Source: Planctomycetota bacterium (lineage in GTDB: Bacteria > Planctomycetota > PLA2 > JAEUHO01). From it: a stretch of 64,000 nt of DNA. The position numbers and the translations under genes were made by a program. Numbering within the stretch: the first letter of the stretch is position 1; each line of letters begins with the position of its first letter. Positions 18,152 through 28,275 of the stretch are shown here, piece after piece. The stretch lies in NCBI GenBank assembly GCA_965222115.1, contig CBDCTJ010000007.1:2272001-2336000 (forward strand), given 5' to 3'. Under the pieces are notes generated by a model, which saw only the letters and a list, made by a program, of their open reading frames with translations, did no database searches and was not told the DNA's origin.

Positions 18152-21100
18152 ACGCCGACGCACGAGAAGCCGCGTTCCAGAACGACATCATCAACCAGAT
18201 GTGCGCTGCCGGTTGGGTGCCCGGCAAGCAAGATGGCTACGACCGAGAATCCGCCCTCTACTCCCAAGACTGCCTCGACTACGTCAAGACCACACAGCCC
18301 AAGACGTGGGAGAAGTACAAGAAGCTCTACCCGAACGATCCCGACAAGGCGTTCCTCACCAAACTCGCCGCGCAACTCGGTAAGGCCGATCCCCGCGCGT
18401 CCGACAAAAATCTCCGCACCTTCGGAACGCTCGGTGTGTTGCGCAAGGGACTGCGCGACAAATCGGCGTCGTTCAAGCTCTGCCAGTTCAAGCCCGAAGT
18501 CGGGCTCAATCCCGACACGCAGGCCATGTACAAGGGCAACATCCTGCGCGTGGTGCCCGAGCTGGTCTATAGCCCTTACGCAACGAACGAACACTTCGAA
18601 GCCACGGGGTTGAAGGCCAAGGCGTGGCGCATCGACCTCGTGCTCTTCCTCAATGGAATCCCCATTGTGACCATGGAGCTCAAGAGCGAGTTCAAGCAAG
18701 CGGTTGAGAACGCGAAGAAGCAGTACAAGCGCACGCGGCTTCCCAAAGACCCGGTGACCAGTAAGGCCGAGCCGTTGCTGACATTCAAGCGGGGTGCCCT
18801 CGTTCACTTCGCGGTGAGTCAGGCCGAGGCCTACATGACCACCAAGCTCGCGGGCAATGACACCTATTTTCTTCCCTTTAACAAGGGCACCAAGGATGGC
18901 GGCGCTGGCAACGATATCCCTGAAGACATTCATACCTACGCCACGGCATACCTCTGGAACGACGTGCTTGCTCCCGACAACATCCTTCAGATCATCGGGC
19001 GCTTCATTCACCTTGAGATCAAAGAGACTGAGGAATGGGGAGGGCGCAAGAAGAAGAAGGAGACCATGATCTTCCCTCGCTATCACCAGTGGGATCTGGT
19101 GACGCGCCTTATCGCGGCGAGCCGAGAAGAGGGTCCGGGCCATAAGTATCTTGCCCAGCACAGCGCGGGCTCGGGCAAGTCCAACTCGATTGCCTGGACC
19201 GCACACCAGCTTGCCTCGCTCCATGATGAGCAGGGCGAGAAGGTCTTTCATTCCGTAATTGTGGTGACCGATCGCACCGTTCTCGATGATCAGCTTCAAG
19301 ACACCATCTACCAGTTCGACCACGCCGATGGCGTTGTGGGGCGCATCAATCGTGAGGAGGGACAGGGTTCCAAGTCGGAGAAGCTCGCCAAGGCGCTTGA
19401 GGACAGTCAGCCGATTGTGATTGTGACTATACAGACCTTCCCACACGTCTTAGACGCGATTGAAAACAGTCTGACGCTCAAGAAGCGCTGCTACGCCATC
19501 ATTGCCGATGAGGCCCACTCTTCGCAGTCGGGCAGCACGGCCAGCAAGATGAAGGCGGTACTTACGAATGAAGCCGCTGACAACCCGGAGCTTGTGACAG
19601 GCGAGGACCTACTCAATGAGCGCGTCGCGTCGCGCCGGGCATCGCCCAACTTGAGCTACTACGCCTTTACCGCCACGCCCAAGAGCAAAACGATTGAGCT
19701 CTTTGGTCGTGTACCCAATCCGTCCGAGCCGCCGTCCGACACCAATAAGCCGCGCGCGTTCCATATCTATAGTATGCGCCAGGCCATTGAAGAGGGGTAC
19801 ATCCTCGACGTCCTCAAGAACTACACGAGCTACAAAGTGGCCTACAACCTTGCGCAGCGTATGGACAAGGCCGACACGGAGGTGGATGCCAAGAAGGCCA
19901 AAGTCAAGCTCGGTCAGTGGGTGCGCCTTCACGACTATAACATCTCTCAGAAGGTGCAGGTTATCGTCGAGCACTACCGAGAACATGTGATGGGACTCTT
20001 AAACGGTCGCGCCAAGGCGATGGTCGTGACGGGCTCTCGCAAAGAAGCGGTTCGCTACAAGCTTGAGTTCGACAAGTACGTCCAGAAGCGCAAGTACAGT
20101 CGATTGCGCGCGATGGTGGCATTTTCGGGCGAAGTGAAGTTTAGCGCCTCCGATCCCCATGCGGCGGGACTGGTGGGGGAAGCCTTTACCGAGACGGGCA
20201 TGAACCCGGGGCTCAAAGGCCGCGATATGCGCAAGGCGTTCGATACCGATGAGTATCACGTGATGATTGTGGCCAATAAGTTTCAGACCGGCTTTGATCA
20301 ACCCAAGCTCTGCGCCATGTACGTCGATAAGAAGCTGGGTGGTCTTGATTGCGTGCAGACGCTCTCGCGCCTCAACCGTACCTATCCGGGCAAGGTGACC
20401 TACGTCCTCGATTTTTTTAACGACCCCGAAGAGGTGCTGGCGGCGTTTCAGGAGTACTACGAGACCGCGGAATTGCTCGATGTCTCGGATCCCAATGTCA
20501 TTTGGGATCTTTTCGAGAAGCTGCGAAGTGCCCAGATCTTTCAATGGACTGAAGTTGTGCAGTTTACGGAGGTCTTTTTCATCAAGAGCAAGAGCAATGC
20601 GGCCATTATCAACGTGTGTCGGCCCGCCGTCGAGCGTTGGCAGGCGCGCTACCAACAGGCCTACGACAGCGTAGTGTTTCACAAGGGGCAGCTCGATCAG
20701 GCCAAGGCACGCGGCGACGCGACCGCCATAGCAAACGCCGAGTCCGACGTAAAGGACGCCCAGGAGCGACTCGACGCATTGGGCGTGTTCAAATCGGATC
20801 TCGTTTCGTTTACCCGATACTACGAGTTCATGTCGCAGATTGTTGACTACGAGAGCACCGACTTGGAGAGCCTCAGCCTCTACGCCCGTCATCTCGCCCC
20901 GTTGCTACGCGAGAAGACTCCCGATGACGATCCCATCGATTTGAGCTCGGTGCAGCTCAGTCACTACCGGCTCTCGTTTCTCAGGAAACAGGATCTCATG
21001 CTCGTTAAGGATGGTCCCACGGAAGGTCTTTCGCCGGCAGGGGATCTAGGCACGGGCAAGGGGCGAAGCAAGGAGGAAGAGTGGCTTTCGCAGATCATCA

Positions 21101-21399
21101 GTCGCTTGAATGAACTCTTCATCACCGACGGTCTCACCGACAGCGATCTCATCAACTACGCCAACACCATTCGCGACAAGATTAGCGAAAACAAGCGCGT
21201 CATGCACCAAATCGACAACAACTCACCTGAACAGGCGCTCCTCGGCGACTTCCCCGGCGCCCTCGACCAAGCCGTCATGAACAGCGGCGAGGCGCACGAG
21301 AATCAAATGATGCAGTACCTGGGCAGCAAGGAGATCCAGGCCAAGTTTCAGCGCATCGTATTCGATATGCTGCTGCGGAAGCGGGCGAGGGCGCCGTAA
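18148..21399 (+). CDS. hsdR: Type I R-M restriction subunit R
   Basis: IDLVLFLNGIPIVTMELK, HSAGSGKS, IIADEAHSSQ, FTATPK and FQTGFDQP motifs. ATGA overlap with hsdS. Confidence 0.96.
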   Translation: MNADAREAAFQNDIINQMCAAGWVPGKQDGYDRESALYSQDCLDYVKTTQPKTWEKYKKLYPNDPDKAFLTKLAAQLGKADPRASDKNLRTFGTLGVLRKGLRDKSASFKLCQFKPEVGLNPDTQAMYKGNILRVVPELVYSPYATNEHFEATGLKAKAWRIDLVLFLNGIPIVTMELKSEFKQAVENAKKQYKRTRLPKDPVTSKAEPLLTFKRGALVHFAVSQAEAYMTTKLAGNDTYFLPFNKGTKDGGAGNDIPEDIHTYATAYLWNDVLAPDNILQIIGRFIHLEIKETEEWGGRKKKKETMIFPRYHQWDLVTRLIAASREEGPGHKYLAQHSAGSGKSNSIAWTAHQLASLHDEQGEKVFHSVIVVTDRTVLDDQLQDTIYQFDHADGVVGRINREEGQGSKSEKLAKALEDSQPIVIVTIQTFPHVLDAIENSLTLKKRCYAIIADEAHSSQSGSTASKMKAVLTNEAADNPELVTGEDLLNERVASRRASPNLSYYAFTATPKSKTIELFGRVPNPSEPPSDTNKPRAFHIYSMRQAIEEGYILDVLKNYTSYKVAYNLAQRMDKADTEVDAKKAKVKLGQWVRLHDYNISQKVQVIVEHYREHVMGLLNGRAKAMVVTGSRKEAVRYKLEFDKYVQKRKYSRLRAMVAFSGEVKFSASDPHAAGLVGEAFTETGMNPGLKGRDMRKAFDTDEYHVMIVANKFQTGFDQPKLCAMYVDKKLGGLDCVQTLSRLNRTYPGKVTYVLDFFNDPEEVLAAFQEYYETAELLDVSDPNVIWDLFEKLRSAQIFQWTEVVQFTEVFFIKSKSNAAIINVCRPAVERWQARYQQAYDSVVFHKGQLDQAKARGDATAIANAESDVKDAQERLDALGVFKSDLVSFTRYYEFMSQIVDYESTDLESLSLYARHLAPLLREKTPDDDPIDLSSVQLSHYRLSFLRKQDLMLVKDGPTEGLSPAGDLGTGKGRSKEEEWLSQIISRLNELFITDGLTDSDLINYANTIRDKISENKRVMHQIDNNSPEQALLGDFPGALDQAVMNSGEAHENQMMQYLGSKEIQAKFQRIVFDMLLRKRARAP

Positions 21400-21464
21400 C
21401 GGGAACGCCATTCGTTAGCTATCAGACGTTCTGTTCACTTGAGGCCAAGATGCCAGCTCGCACC

Positions 21465-22634
21465 TTACTCTGTGTCAACTATCGCCCAAACTAGAGTCTT
21501 GGGATTCATCTGCCCTGAAGGCGGACTTGATTGTAGTTGACCACGTTTTCTCAGCTCGGTCACACGCTTCCTTATCTCGCTCGAGCTAATGAGACCAAGA
21601 CGTTGCTCTCGCGACAATCGTTCGATGACACGCACGATAAGATCCTTCCTCATGATTCGATTCCGAGCCTGATCGAGAATCAAGTCATCGAGTCCTTCTG
21701 GTTTATGTCGGAGTGCTACCGTCGCCGTTGGCTCGAAGAGTGGGAGATCCGTCTTTGCTGCTTGGGCAAGAAACTCGTTGTGCCCCTTGCACATGGCGTC
21801 GTTCATCAACGTTAAGGCCACCCGGCTGCGGCTGGCAAACACGAGGAAGTACTTCGGGACCTTGTGTTTCCAGCCCCCATAAACTTCGAAGAAGCACACC
21901 TCTTTAAGAGTATCGCGAAGTCGTTTCGTAAGCTCAAGCACAATCGAGCCAGCCTGATGAATTCTATCATTGTCGTCTGAAACCAATGGGCGCCACCAGT
22001 TACCACCAACGGCTGCATCAAGTCGGGCAGCATTCGCGCCTTGTCCCTGCCACTCTTCATAGTCCTCGTCGTCCACGTCCTCTAAGTCAGCAGTCTCCAA
22101 CGCGAGCGCGGCGCGGGCTCTCCGCACAAAGGCATGTGCATTAAAATTTAGTAGAAGCTCGATGCTTTGCCTCTCACGGACGAGGTTTAGGATGGACGTG
22201 ATGGCAGCCCAATCGAGTCCCGCTATCGCGCATGGATCCAGGTACAAGAACGTGGTTCTGCCCTTGGCAAGCTCACGTATGCGGGGGACGGCATCCACGA
22301 ACTCAGACTGTTTGAATTCAGCAAAGTCAAACTTCTTCATCTCATCGTTGAGCGCAGCAGCCAAGATCGGATTGCGCTCCACCACCAGTAGTCTCGGGGT
22401 GGGCGTGACTCCCGAATTCTCGATCGACTCGGCGAGGATTACGGGCGAGCCAACCTCCCCCGACTTAAATCGTCCTGGGCCCGCAAAGCCATCGACGAGC
22501 AAGATCGGTTGCTTTACTGCGCGCGAAAGTATCTGGAGATACGGCGGAATGTACTCACGTAAGATCCGGTCCTTTTGCCGGGACCAAGGGCGCTTCTCCT
22601 TAAAGAAGTCAAGGGGGTCCACGCTCGGTACCAA
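21465..22634 (-). CDS. tcmP: Three-Cys-motif partner protein (TcmP; methyltransferase-like fold)
   Basis: WSRQKDRILREY...VDGFAGPG...GSP...FLYLDP...ELLLNF...YFLVFAS motifs. Lies directly downstream of DUF5131. Confidence 0.85.
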   Translation of the reverse strand: MVPSVDPLDFFKEKRPWSRQKDRILREYIPPYLQILSRAVKQPILLVDGFAGPGRFKSGEVGSPVILAESIENSGVTPTPRLLVVERNPILAAALNDEMKKFDFAEFKQSEFVDAVPRIRELAKGRTTFLYLDPCAIAGLDWAAITSILNLVRERQSIELLLNFNAHAFVRRARAALALETADLEDVDDEDYEEWQGQGANAARLDAAVGGNWWRPLVSDDNDRIHQAGSIVLELTKRLRDTLKEVCFFEVYGGWKHKVPKYFLVFASRSRVALTLMNDAMCKGHNEFLAQAAKTDLPLFEPTATVALRHKPEGLDDLILDQARNRIMRKDLIVRVIERLSREQRLGLISSSEIRKRVTELRKRGQLQSSPPSGQMNPKTLVWAIVDTE

Positions 22635-22636
22635 GC

Positions 22637-23386
22637 TCAGATTCCCTCTGCCAATACGACTGGGAACTCACTCCAATGCCTTCCGTCAAGCATCCGACCG
22701 TTGGCCTTGTTAAATCTCCCACCCCATTGCTTGAAGAAAAACGGAACTGAGGCGGATACGCATTGTTGCTGAATCTGTCGGACCCAATCAGGGCTCATGG
22801 GTCGTGACTTAGCCCCGGATTCACCTCCAACGATAACCCAGTCGATTCCATCTAGCGGGATGCCTCGGAGTTCTCCAAGCAGCGGCTCGATTGACAAAAA
22901 TCGCAGCGCGGCAGGAACTTCTCGAAGTTCGTGGACTCTGTCAATAACGTCCATTCGCTCGACGCTTGTGCCGAACCAGACATTTGGTCGCGGCGAGTGG
23001 AGCCAGTTGTTGGGAATCGCCGCACGAACTCTATGCGGTCGCTTCGTCAGCAAGAGCCAATCCAAGTTGGGCGTCTCTTGAATCAGATTCCACAATCGAA
23101 TCTGGTCTTCTTCCGGCGCCATTTCATCGAATACATCTGCCATCGAAGCGCAAAAGACTCGCCTACGCACGCCTGCAATCCCGGCGTCTCGGTTCCATCG
23201 CAAGGGCTTTGCCCAATGTGCATCTCCAAATCGGCGGCGATCGCCGCGCTTGCCCCAGACGTTGTGTCCGAACCGTTTCGCAAACACTTCGGCGTAGCAG
23301 TTCTCACAACCCGAGCTCACCTTGGCGCAACCCCACCAGGGATTGAACGTGTCGTCGGTCCATTCGATTGGGCTATCCTTGGCCAT
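22637..23386 (-). CDS. DUF5131 (phage Gp37/Gp68-like) protein with Cx6Cx2C motif
   Basis: IEWTDDTFNPWWGCAKVSSGCENCYAE, VFCASMADVF, LLLTKRP, FLSIEPLL, WVIVGGESG and FFFKQWGG motifs. Confidence 0.92.
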   Translation of the reverse strand: MAKDSPIEWTDDTFNPWWGCAKVSSGCENCYAEVFAKRFGHNVWGKRGDRRRFGDAHWAKPLRWNRDAGIAGVRRRVFCASMADVFDEMAPEEDQIRLWNLIQETPNLDWLLLTKRPHRVRAAIPNNWLHSPRPNVWFGTSVERMDVIDRVHELREVPAALRFLSIEPLLGELRGIPLDGIDWVIVGGESGAKSRPMSPDWVRQIQQQCVSASVPFFFKQWGGRFNKANGRMLDGRHWSEFPVVLAEGI

Positions 23387-23656
23387 TACAAACAATATCC
23401 TAACATGATGGAATGACAACGTCCATCGAGGGTGGGCGAGTCTGTTGATGGAGGAGGTGTCTCTCGGTTTGACCTTGTGGATTGAGCGAATCAATCATCG
23501 TACTCCCCACATGCTTGTCAGCGCGACACCTCAAATTATGCCCATGTAATTGACGCTAGACGTTCGGCAGCACCGCGAGTTCGTAAATGTCTAATTCATG
23601 GTGCTTTACAGGCGTCAGGTTCGAAATCGCTTGGTATCTGAGCGCATTCTCAAAAC

Positions 23657-23702
23657 TGACTAGTTTACTTGTCAATACTTATGATGACCAGTAAACTAGT
23701 CA
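23657..23702. promoter_or_regulatory. Inverted-repeat operator-like site upstream of the AAA ATPase
   Basis: TGACTAGTTTACTTGTCA-N10-TGACCAGTAAACTAGTCA (17/18 match), ending 2 nt before ATG 23705. Confidence 0.6.
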
Positions 23703-23704
23703 AT

Positions 23705-24883
23705 ATGCCTCGAAGCGACCTCCTCCAAATCGCTCGCGACTCGTCCTACTGGGACCGTGAACCACCACCATCGATCCCTCGTCGCGTCGATCTTCCGAGC
23801 GAGTTGCGTCCCGACTTGGCGTTGGTTGTTCAGGGGGTGAGGCGGTGCGGGAAATCGACGTTGTTGGGTCAGCTTGTGGAGCGTTACGCGTTGGATCGGC
23901 AGAGGTGCTTGTTCATGAACTTCGAGGATCCTCGTGTGGCGGGATCACTCGACTTCGAGCTCCTACAGAAGTTGGTTGATGAGTTTGAGGCCAGCTTGTG
24001 TGACCCCGCTGCGAGGAACGCACCCGTGGCGTACTTCTTTGATGAGATACAGCATGTGGATGGGTGGCAGCGATGGCTTCGTAGTCAGCTTGATCGGCCG
24101 AGCCATCGTCGCTTTGTTGTGACGGGTTCAAACGGGCGACTGCTTTCGGGGGAACTTGGGTCGAGTCTTACCGGTCGGCACCTTGCGGTTGAGTTGTTTC
24201 CATTTGATCTGGAAGAAGTTCGGCTCAAGGATCCCACGATGGGGGTAAGGGAGTACCTGCACGCTGGGGGCTTCCCCGCGCCGCTTGGCTCAGAGGATGG
24301 TGATCGCATTCGCCGGACGTATTTCAATGACATCGTGGAGCGCGATGTGCGTGAGCGTGTGTCGGCTCGATCGAGTGCTCCGCTTCGTAGGCTAGGGCAG
24401 ATGCTCTTTGAATCGGCGGGGTCTGAACTGAGCATGCGACGGATTGCGGCAGCGCTCGGGATAGCGCCGGATACGGCGTCTCTATATGTAGGGGCATTGG
24501 AGGATGCGTATCTTGTGTTCTCGTGCCCGTTCTTTGCTTGGTCTGAACGCAAGCGCTCGATTCGAAATAAGAAGTATTATCCCGTTGACACAGGACTCAG
24601 GCGGTGTGTGGTCACGCGAACGGGTAAGGACCTCGGAAAGATGCTCGAGTGTGCCACGTACTTGAAACTTCGGAGGACGACAAGAGACATCTACTACTGG
24701 CGTGGTCGAGGCGAGGTCGACTTCGTAGTCTTGGTCGATGGGGCGCCCACGCCCGTTCAAGTGAGTTGGGAGGGTCCTTCGGAGCGACACATGGCGGCGC
24801 TCGATGAGTTTTATGAGGCGCATCCGCAAGCGAACGAGGCGGTTACGGTCACAGGGGAGTCGTTTGAACTGCTAGTGGGATAA
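23705..24883 (+). CDS. AAA_14 ATPase with DUF4143 domain
   Basis: GVRRCGKST, FFDEIQ, VTGS, LTGR, GGFP, KYYPVDTGL and EVDFV motifs. Confidence 0.9.
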   Translation: MPRSDLLQIARDSSYWDREPPPSIPRRVDLPSELRPDLALVVQGVRRCGKSTLLGQLVERYALDRQRCLFMNFEDPRVAGSLDFELLQKLVDEFEASLCDPAARNAPVAYFFDEIQHVDGWQRWLRSQLDRPSHRRFVVTGSNGRLLSGELGSSLTGRHLAVELFPFDLEEVRLKDPTMGVREYLHAGGFPAPLGSEDGDRIRRTYFNDIVERDVRERVSARSSAPLRRLGQMLFESAGSELSMRRIAAALGIAPDTASLYVGALEDAYLVFSCPFFAWSERKRSIRNKKYYPVDTGLRRCVVTRTGKDLGKMLECATYLKLRRTTRDIYYWRGRGEVDFVVLVDGAPTPVQVSWEGPSERHMAALDEFYEAHPQANEAVTVTGESFELLVG

Positions 24884-24962
24884 CGATAGAGATGCCTATT
24901 CGAGCGCGTGTGTATTCACCCCCTAACGCACGTCTTGGGTCACACGCTTTCTGATAGAGTGC

Positions 24963-26900
24963 TTGCCCGTGAGAATTCCAATACAAATACTCTTGGTTGG
25001 CGCGCTTGTATTGGCAGTCCTCGCGATTCGTTTGTCATTACAGCCACCTCTACCACGCTATCCCGAATTTAGATCCGTAACCGAAACCGAGAAAGAGGCC
25101 ATTCGCGCGGCGTTTTCGTTTGAAGAAAAACGCCTCACATTTCAGAGCACGAAGACGGCAGAACAACTTGCGGCGTCCTTGGAGCGCTTTCGTCCCATCG
25201 CTGTACTTGCGGCGTATCAAGATGCGTTTGATCGACTCAGGGGATCAAGCGTAAAGGAGATGTCCGCGACGTTGCTGGATCACGATCGTATGCCGATTGG
25301 AACTTGGCTGTCGAGCAAGCGCGATAGCAATCTCAATACCGTGCTGATTCGTATCCTGACCAATGAAGACGAGGCGTTCCCCATTCGCGATTCTGCGGCG
25401 GTTGCCCTTTGCTGGGAGGGGAACGAATCGGCTCTCAACGACCTATCCGATTTCGTCCTCGACATGAATGCGAGCCCTGACGTGCGCACGCGTGTGCTTG
25501 GGCGATTGCATCGTATTCGCGTTCGGCCGCCCAAGGCGTTCGACGTGCTCCTCCAGTTGCCGTTTCGGAATCACGACTTCTATGCGGCAGCCATCTTGGC
25601 GGTGGTCGGGGCGTCGCAGGCGCCACGTCTTGTGGCCGAGGGGCTTCTGCATGTTGGCGCAGACGATGATCTTGGCCATGTACTGGCCCTGGCTTCGGAG
25701 GCTATCGCTGCGGATGACACGCGCGTTGTCGCACTTGCACGGGTTGCGCAACGGCGAATCGTCGATGCCTGGCTTGCTAGGGATCTAGGTGACGAGCCCT
25801 TGCCGACGTTTCCCATGGAGGCTCTCTCGGGCGCCGACGTACCTGAGGATGTATTGACACGTTTGAAGGATCGGACCTACTCATCGCGTGACGCACTCCA
25901 TGCGCTTGGCGCCGTGTTTACGCAGTGGATCAGTGATCATCCCCAGGTGTTGGATAGTGATTTCGAGCGTCGATGGACGCGGCACACGCGGAGCGAGACG
26001 TACGAGCTTGCGCGCAAGACGCTAAAGGACAGCCTGGAGGGCCCAGTACGGTATGAGCCCTTTGATGTAGCTGCGGCGCACATTGCGAGTGTGACGAACC
26101 ATGAGGACCATTGTCCTCGCGTGTTGAACGCATTTGATCGTCTCGCACTATTGTTAGCCAAAGATATAGAAGGGCTTCGCGAGCCGGACGCAATCCTTCG
26201 ACAAATGCATCGTCGGCTTCTGCCACAACGGATTCGGTATCGATCCGGTTATGAGATGGATCCAAGTTCGTTTCTCTACAACGTATTGCATGACCGAACT
26301 GGAAATTGTGTGGGGCTGACGTCGCTCTACGTGGCACTTGGCCAGCGTTTGAATCTTCCGCTCGTGGCCGTGAGTTCACCGAGGCACGTGCATTTGCGCT
26401 GGAAAGATGCGCATACGACACTGGACATCGAACTCACTGATCGAGGTCGGATTCTTGATCCCAGCGAGATTAGCGGCAAACCCACGCGCGAATTGTCGAT
26501 GCGGGCGCTCGTTTCGATCGCGTTGTCGAATCGTTCCATGAGCTATGCACTATCGGAGCGACTAGCGGATACGCCCATGCGAAGACGTATAGCGAAAGCA
26601 TCTGCGTTGCGCGCGCAGGCGTGGGATCCGAAAAATGGCGGCGGCTATCTTGCACAGGCGATTTGTGAAACGATTGAGAAGAATCATGAGCGCGCCATCG
26701 AATGCGTAGAGCACGCCATGGCCTTAATGCCCAATGAAGCAGAGCCACTTGGAGCGATGGGGCAGGTCTTGCTTGAGCGTGGAGACATAAAAGATGCGCA
26801 AGCATGGTTCGAACGCGCGCTTCGGATTGATCCGGAAAATGAAGTGGCGAAACGTGGCATTGAGCTGTGTCAGACTCGGGCCCAAAGCGGTTCGAGATGA
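24963..26900 (+). CDS. Transglutaminase-like (SirB1-type) + TPR protein with N-terminal membrane anchor
   Basis: GNCVGLTSLYVALGQRLNLPL...PRHVHLRW and C-terminal TPR helices. Confidence 0.72.
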   Translation: MPVRIPIQILLVGALVLAVLAIRLSLQPPLPRYPEFRSVTETEKEAIRAAFSFEEKRLTFQSTKTAEQLAASLERFRPIAVLAAYQDAFDRLRGSSVKEMSATLLDHDRMPIGTWLSSKRDSNLNTVLIRILTNEDEAFPIRDSAAVALCWEGNESALNDLSDFVLDMNASPDVRTRVLGRLHRIRVRPPKAFDVLLQLPFRNHDFYAAAILAVVGASQAPRLVAEGLLHVGADDDLGHVLALASEAIAADDTRVVALARVAQRRIVDAWLARDLGDEPLPTFPMEALSGADVPEDVLTRLKDRTYSSRDALHALGAVFTQWISDHPQVLDSDFERRWTRHTRSETYELARKTLKDSLEGPVRYEPFDVAAAHIASVTNHEDHCPRVLNAFDRLALLLAKDIEGLREPDAILRQMHRRLLPQRIRYRSGYEMDPSSFLYNVLHDRTGNCVGLTSLYVALGQRLNLPLVAVSSPRHVHLRWKDAHTTLDIELTDRGRILDPSEISGKPTRELSMRALVSIALSNRSMSYALSERLADTPMRRRIAKASALRAQAWDPKNGGGYLAQAICETIEKNHERAIECVEHAMALMPNEAEPLGAMGQVLLERGDIKDAQAWFERALRIDPENEVAKRGIELCQTRAQSGSR

Positions 26901-27020
26901 GTGGGATTCGGAGTATGCCCCAATTCCACACGTTTCGTTCGGTCGTGCTCGGCCACCAACGCGCACGCGATACGCAACGATTCGTTCGCGGCTCGCGGCA
27001 CGCCGGGCTATCATGCGTGC

Positions 27021-27275
27021 ATGACTGACCAGGACGTCATCGCACGAATCACGACCGATCCCGAGATCTTTGGGGGCAAGCCCATCGTGCGTGGACGGCG
27101 ACTCGCGGTCGAGCATGTGTTGTCGATGTTGGAGGCGGGTGACGACATCGAGACAATCCTCGAAGGCTATCCCTGGCTAGAGCGTGAAGACATCTTGGCA
27201 TGCATTGGCTACGCGCAACGGATCGTGGCCAATGAACGTATTGAACTCAGATCCGTCGATACCGGTACGGAGTGA
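27021..27275 (+). CDS. DUF433-family antitoxin
   Basis: RITTDPEIFGGKPIVRGRRLAVEHVL...YPWLEREDILACIGYA signature. Confidence 0.9.
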   Translation: MTDQDVIARITTDPEIFGGKPIVRGRRLAVEHVLSMLEAGDDIETILEGYPWLEREDILACIGYAQRIVANERIELRSVDTGTE

Positions 27276-27304
27276 GGCTATTAGTAGACGCGTGCGTGTG
27301 GGGT
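27272..27304 (+). pseudogene. 5' stub of a DUF5615/PIN-like toxin truncated by repeat DNA
   Basis: GTGA overlap with the DUF433 stop. MRLLVDACVWG then runs straight into the repeat shared with 27880 onward. Confidence 0.65.
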
Positions 27305-28190
27305 GAGGGTTTACGGGCACGAACGACAATCCAATGGTCTCGCCAGCCGCAAACGGCACTTCTGACGAACACGTTTCAAATCGCAGCAATGGAGAACACA
27401 AGACACTCATGCGCGATGCCGCTCGCAGATTTCTGTTCGTTTCCGCCACCCCTACAGGGTGGTTCCATTTTGGGGACGTCTATACCCAGCGTTACGCGCC
27501 GCTGCGCTTGCGCTTCACACTGGGCTATTGACCCGTGGCCCCTCCGGGGCCGTTGAAGTTGACGTGGAACGCCGTCTGCGAGTCGGTCAGTAAGAGGTTC
27601 TGACGCTGCGCGGGAGACCGTATCGCGGAGACGAGGGCACGGTGGGGGATACGCAGTACGGACAAATTTCAAACGCTTCGCGGTATATGGACCTGGGAAG
27701 CGGTGGGATACGGAGTACGCCAAAATCCACACATCTCGTTCGGCCGTGCTCGGCCACCAACGCGCTCGCCATACGAAACGATTCATTTGCAGCCCGAGGC
27801 AATCAAGAGCTACGAAATCAAAGCGCGTTGTTGTCGCCAGCTCTGAAGCCCCCCTCTCCCTCTGGGAGAGGGGGGTTGGGGGGTGAGGGTTTACGCATAC
27901 GAACGACGATTCAGTGGTCTCGCCATCCGCAAACGGCACTTCCGACGAACACGTTTCAAACCGCAGCGATCGAAAACACATAACACTCATGCGCGATGCC
28001 GCTCGCTGATTTACGCTCGTTTCCGCCACCCCTACAGAGTGGTTCCATATAGGTACGCCGTAACCCAGCGTTACGCGCCGCTGCGCTTGCGCTTCACACT
28101 GGGCTATTGTCCCGTGGCCCCTCCGGGGCCGTTGATGTTGATGCGGAACGCCGTCGGCGAGTCGACTAGTAAGAGGTTCTCACGCTGCGT
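27300..28190 (-). repeat. Two inverted-orientation copies of the modular composite repeat (27300-27610 and 27640-28190)
   Basis: 46-bp cores at 27484-27529 and 28063-28108, 27-bp motifs at 27648 and 27707, and a CCCTCTCCC..GGGAGAGGG hairpin at ~27852. Confidence 0.88.
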
Positions 28191-28275
28191 GGGAGCCATA
28201 CGCGCGTGTTTGCCACTTGAGCTAAAGTAGTACTGACCGAACCCCCGTTGTTTGCTTCCGCGATCACGCTCCACA

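Noticed and set aside
17839-20892. Long antisense ORFs opposite hsdS/hsdR
   Set aside because: These are shadow frames of high-GC3 genes.
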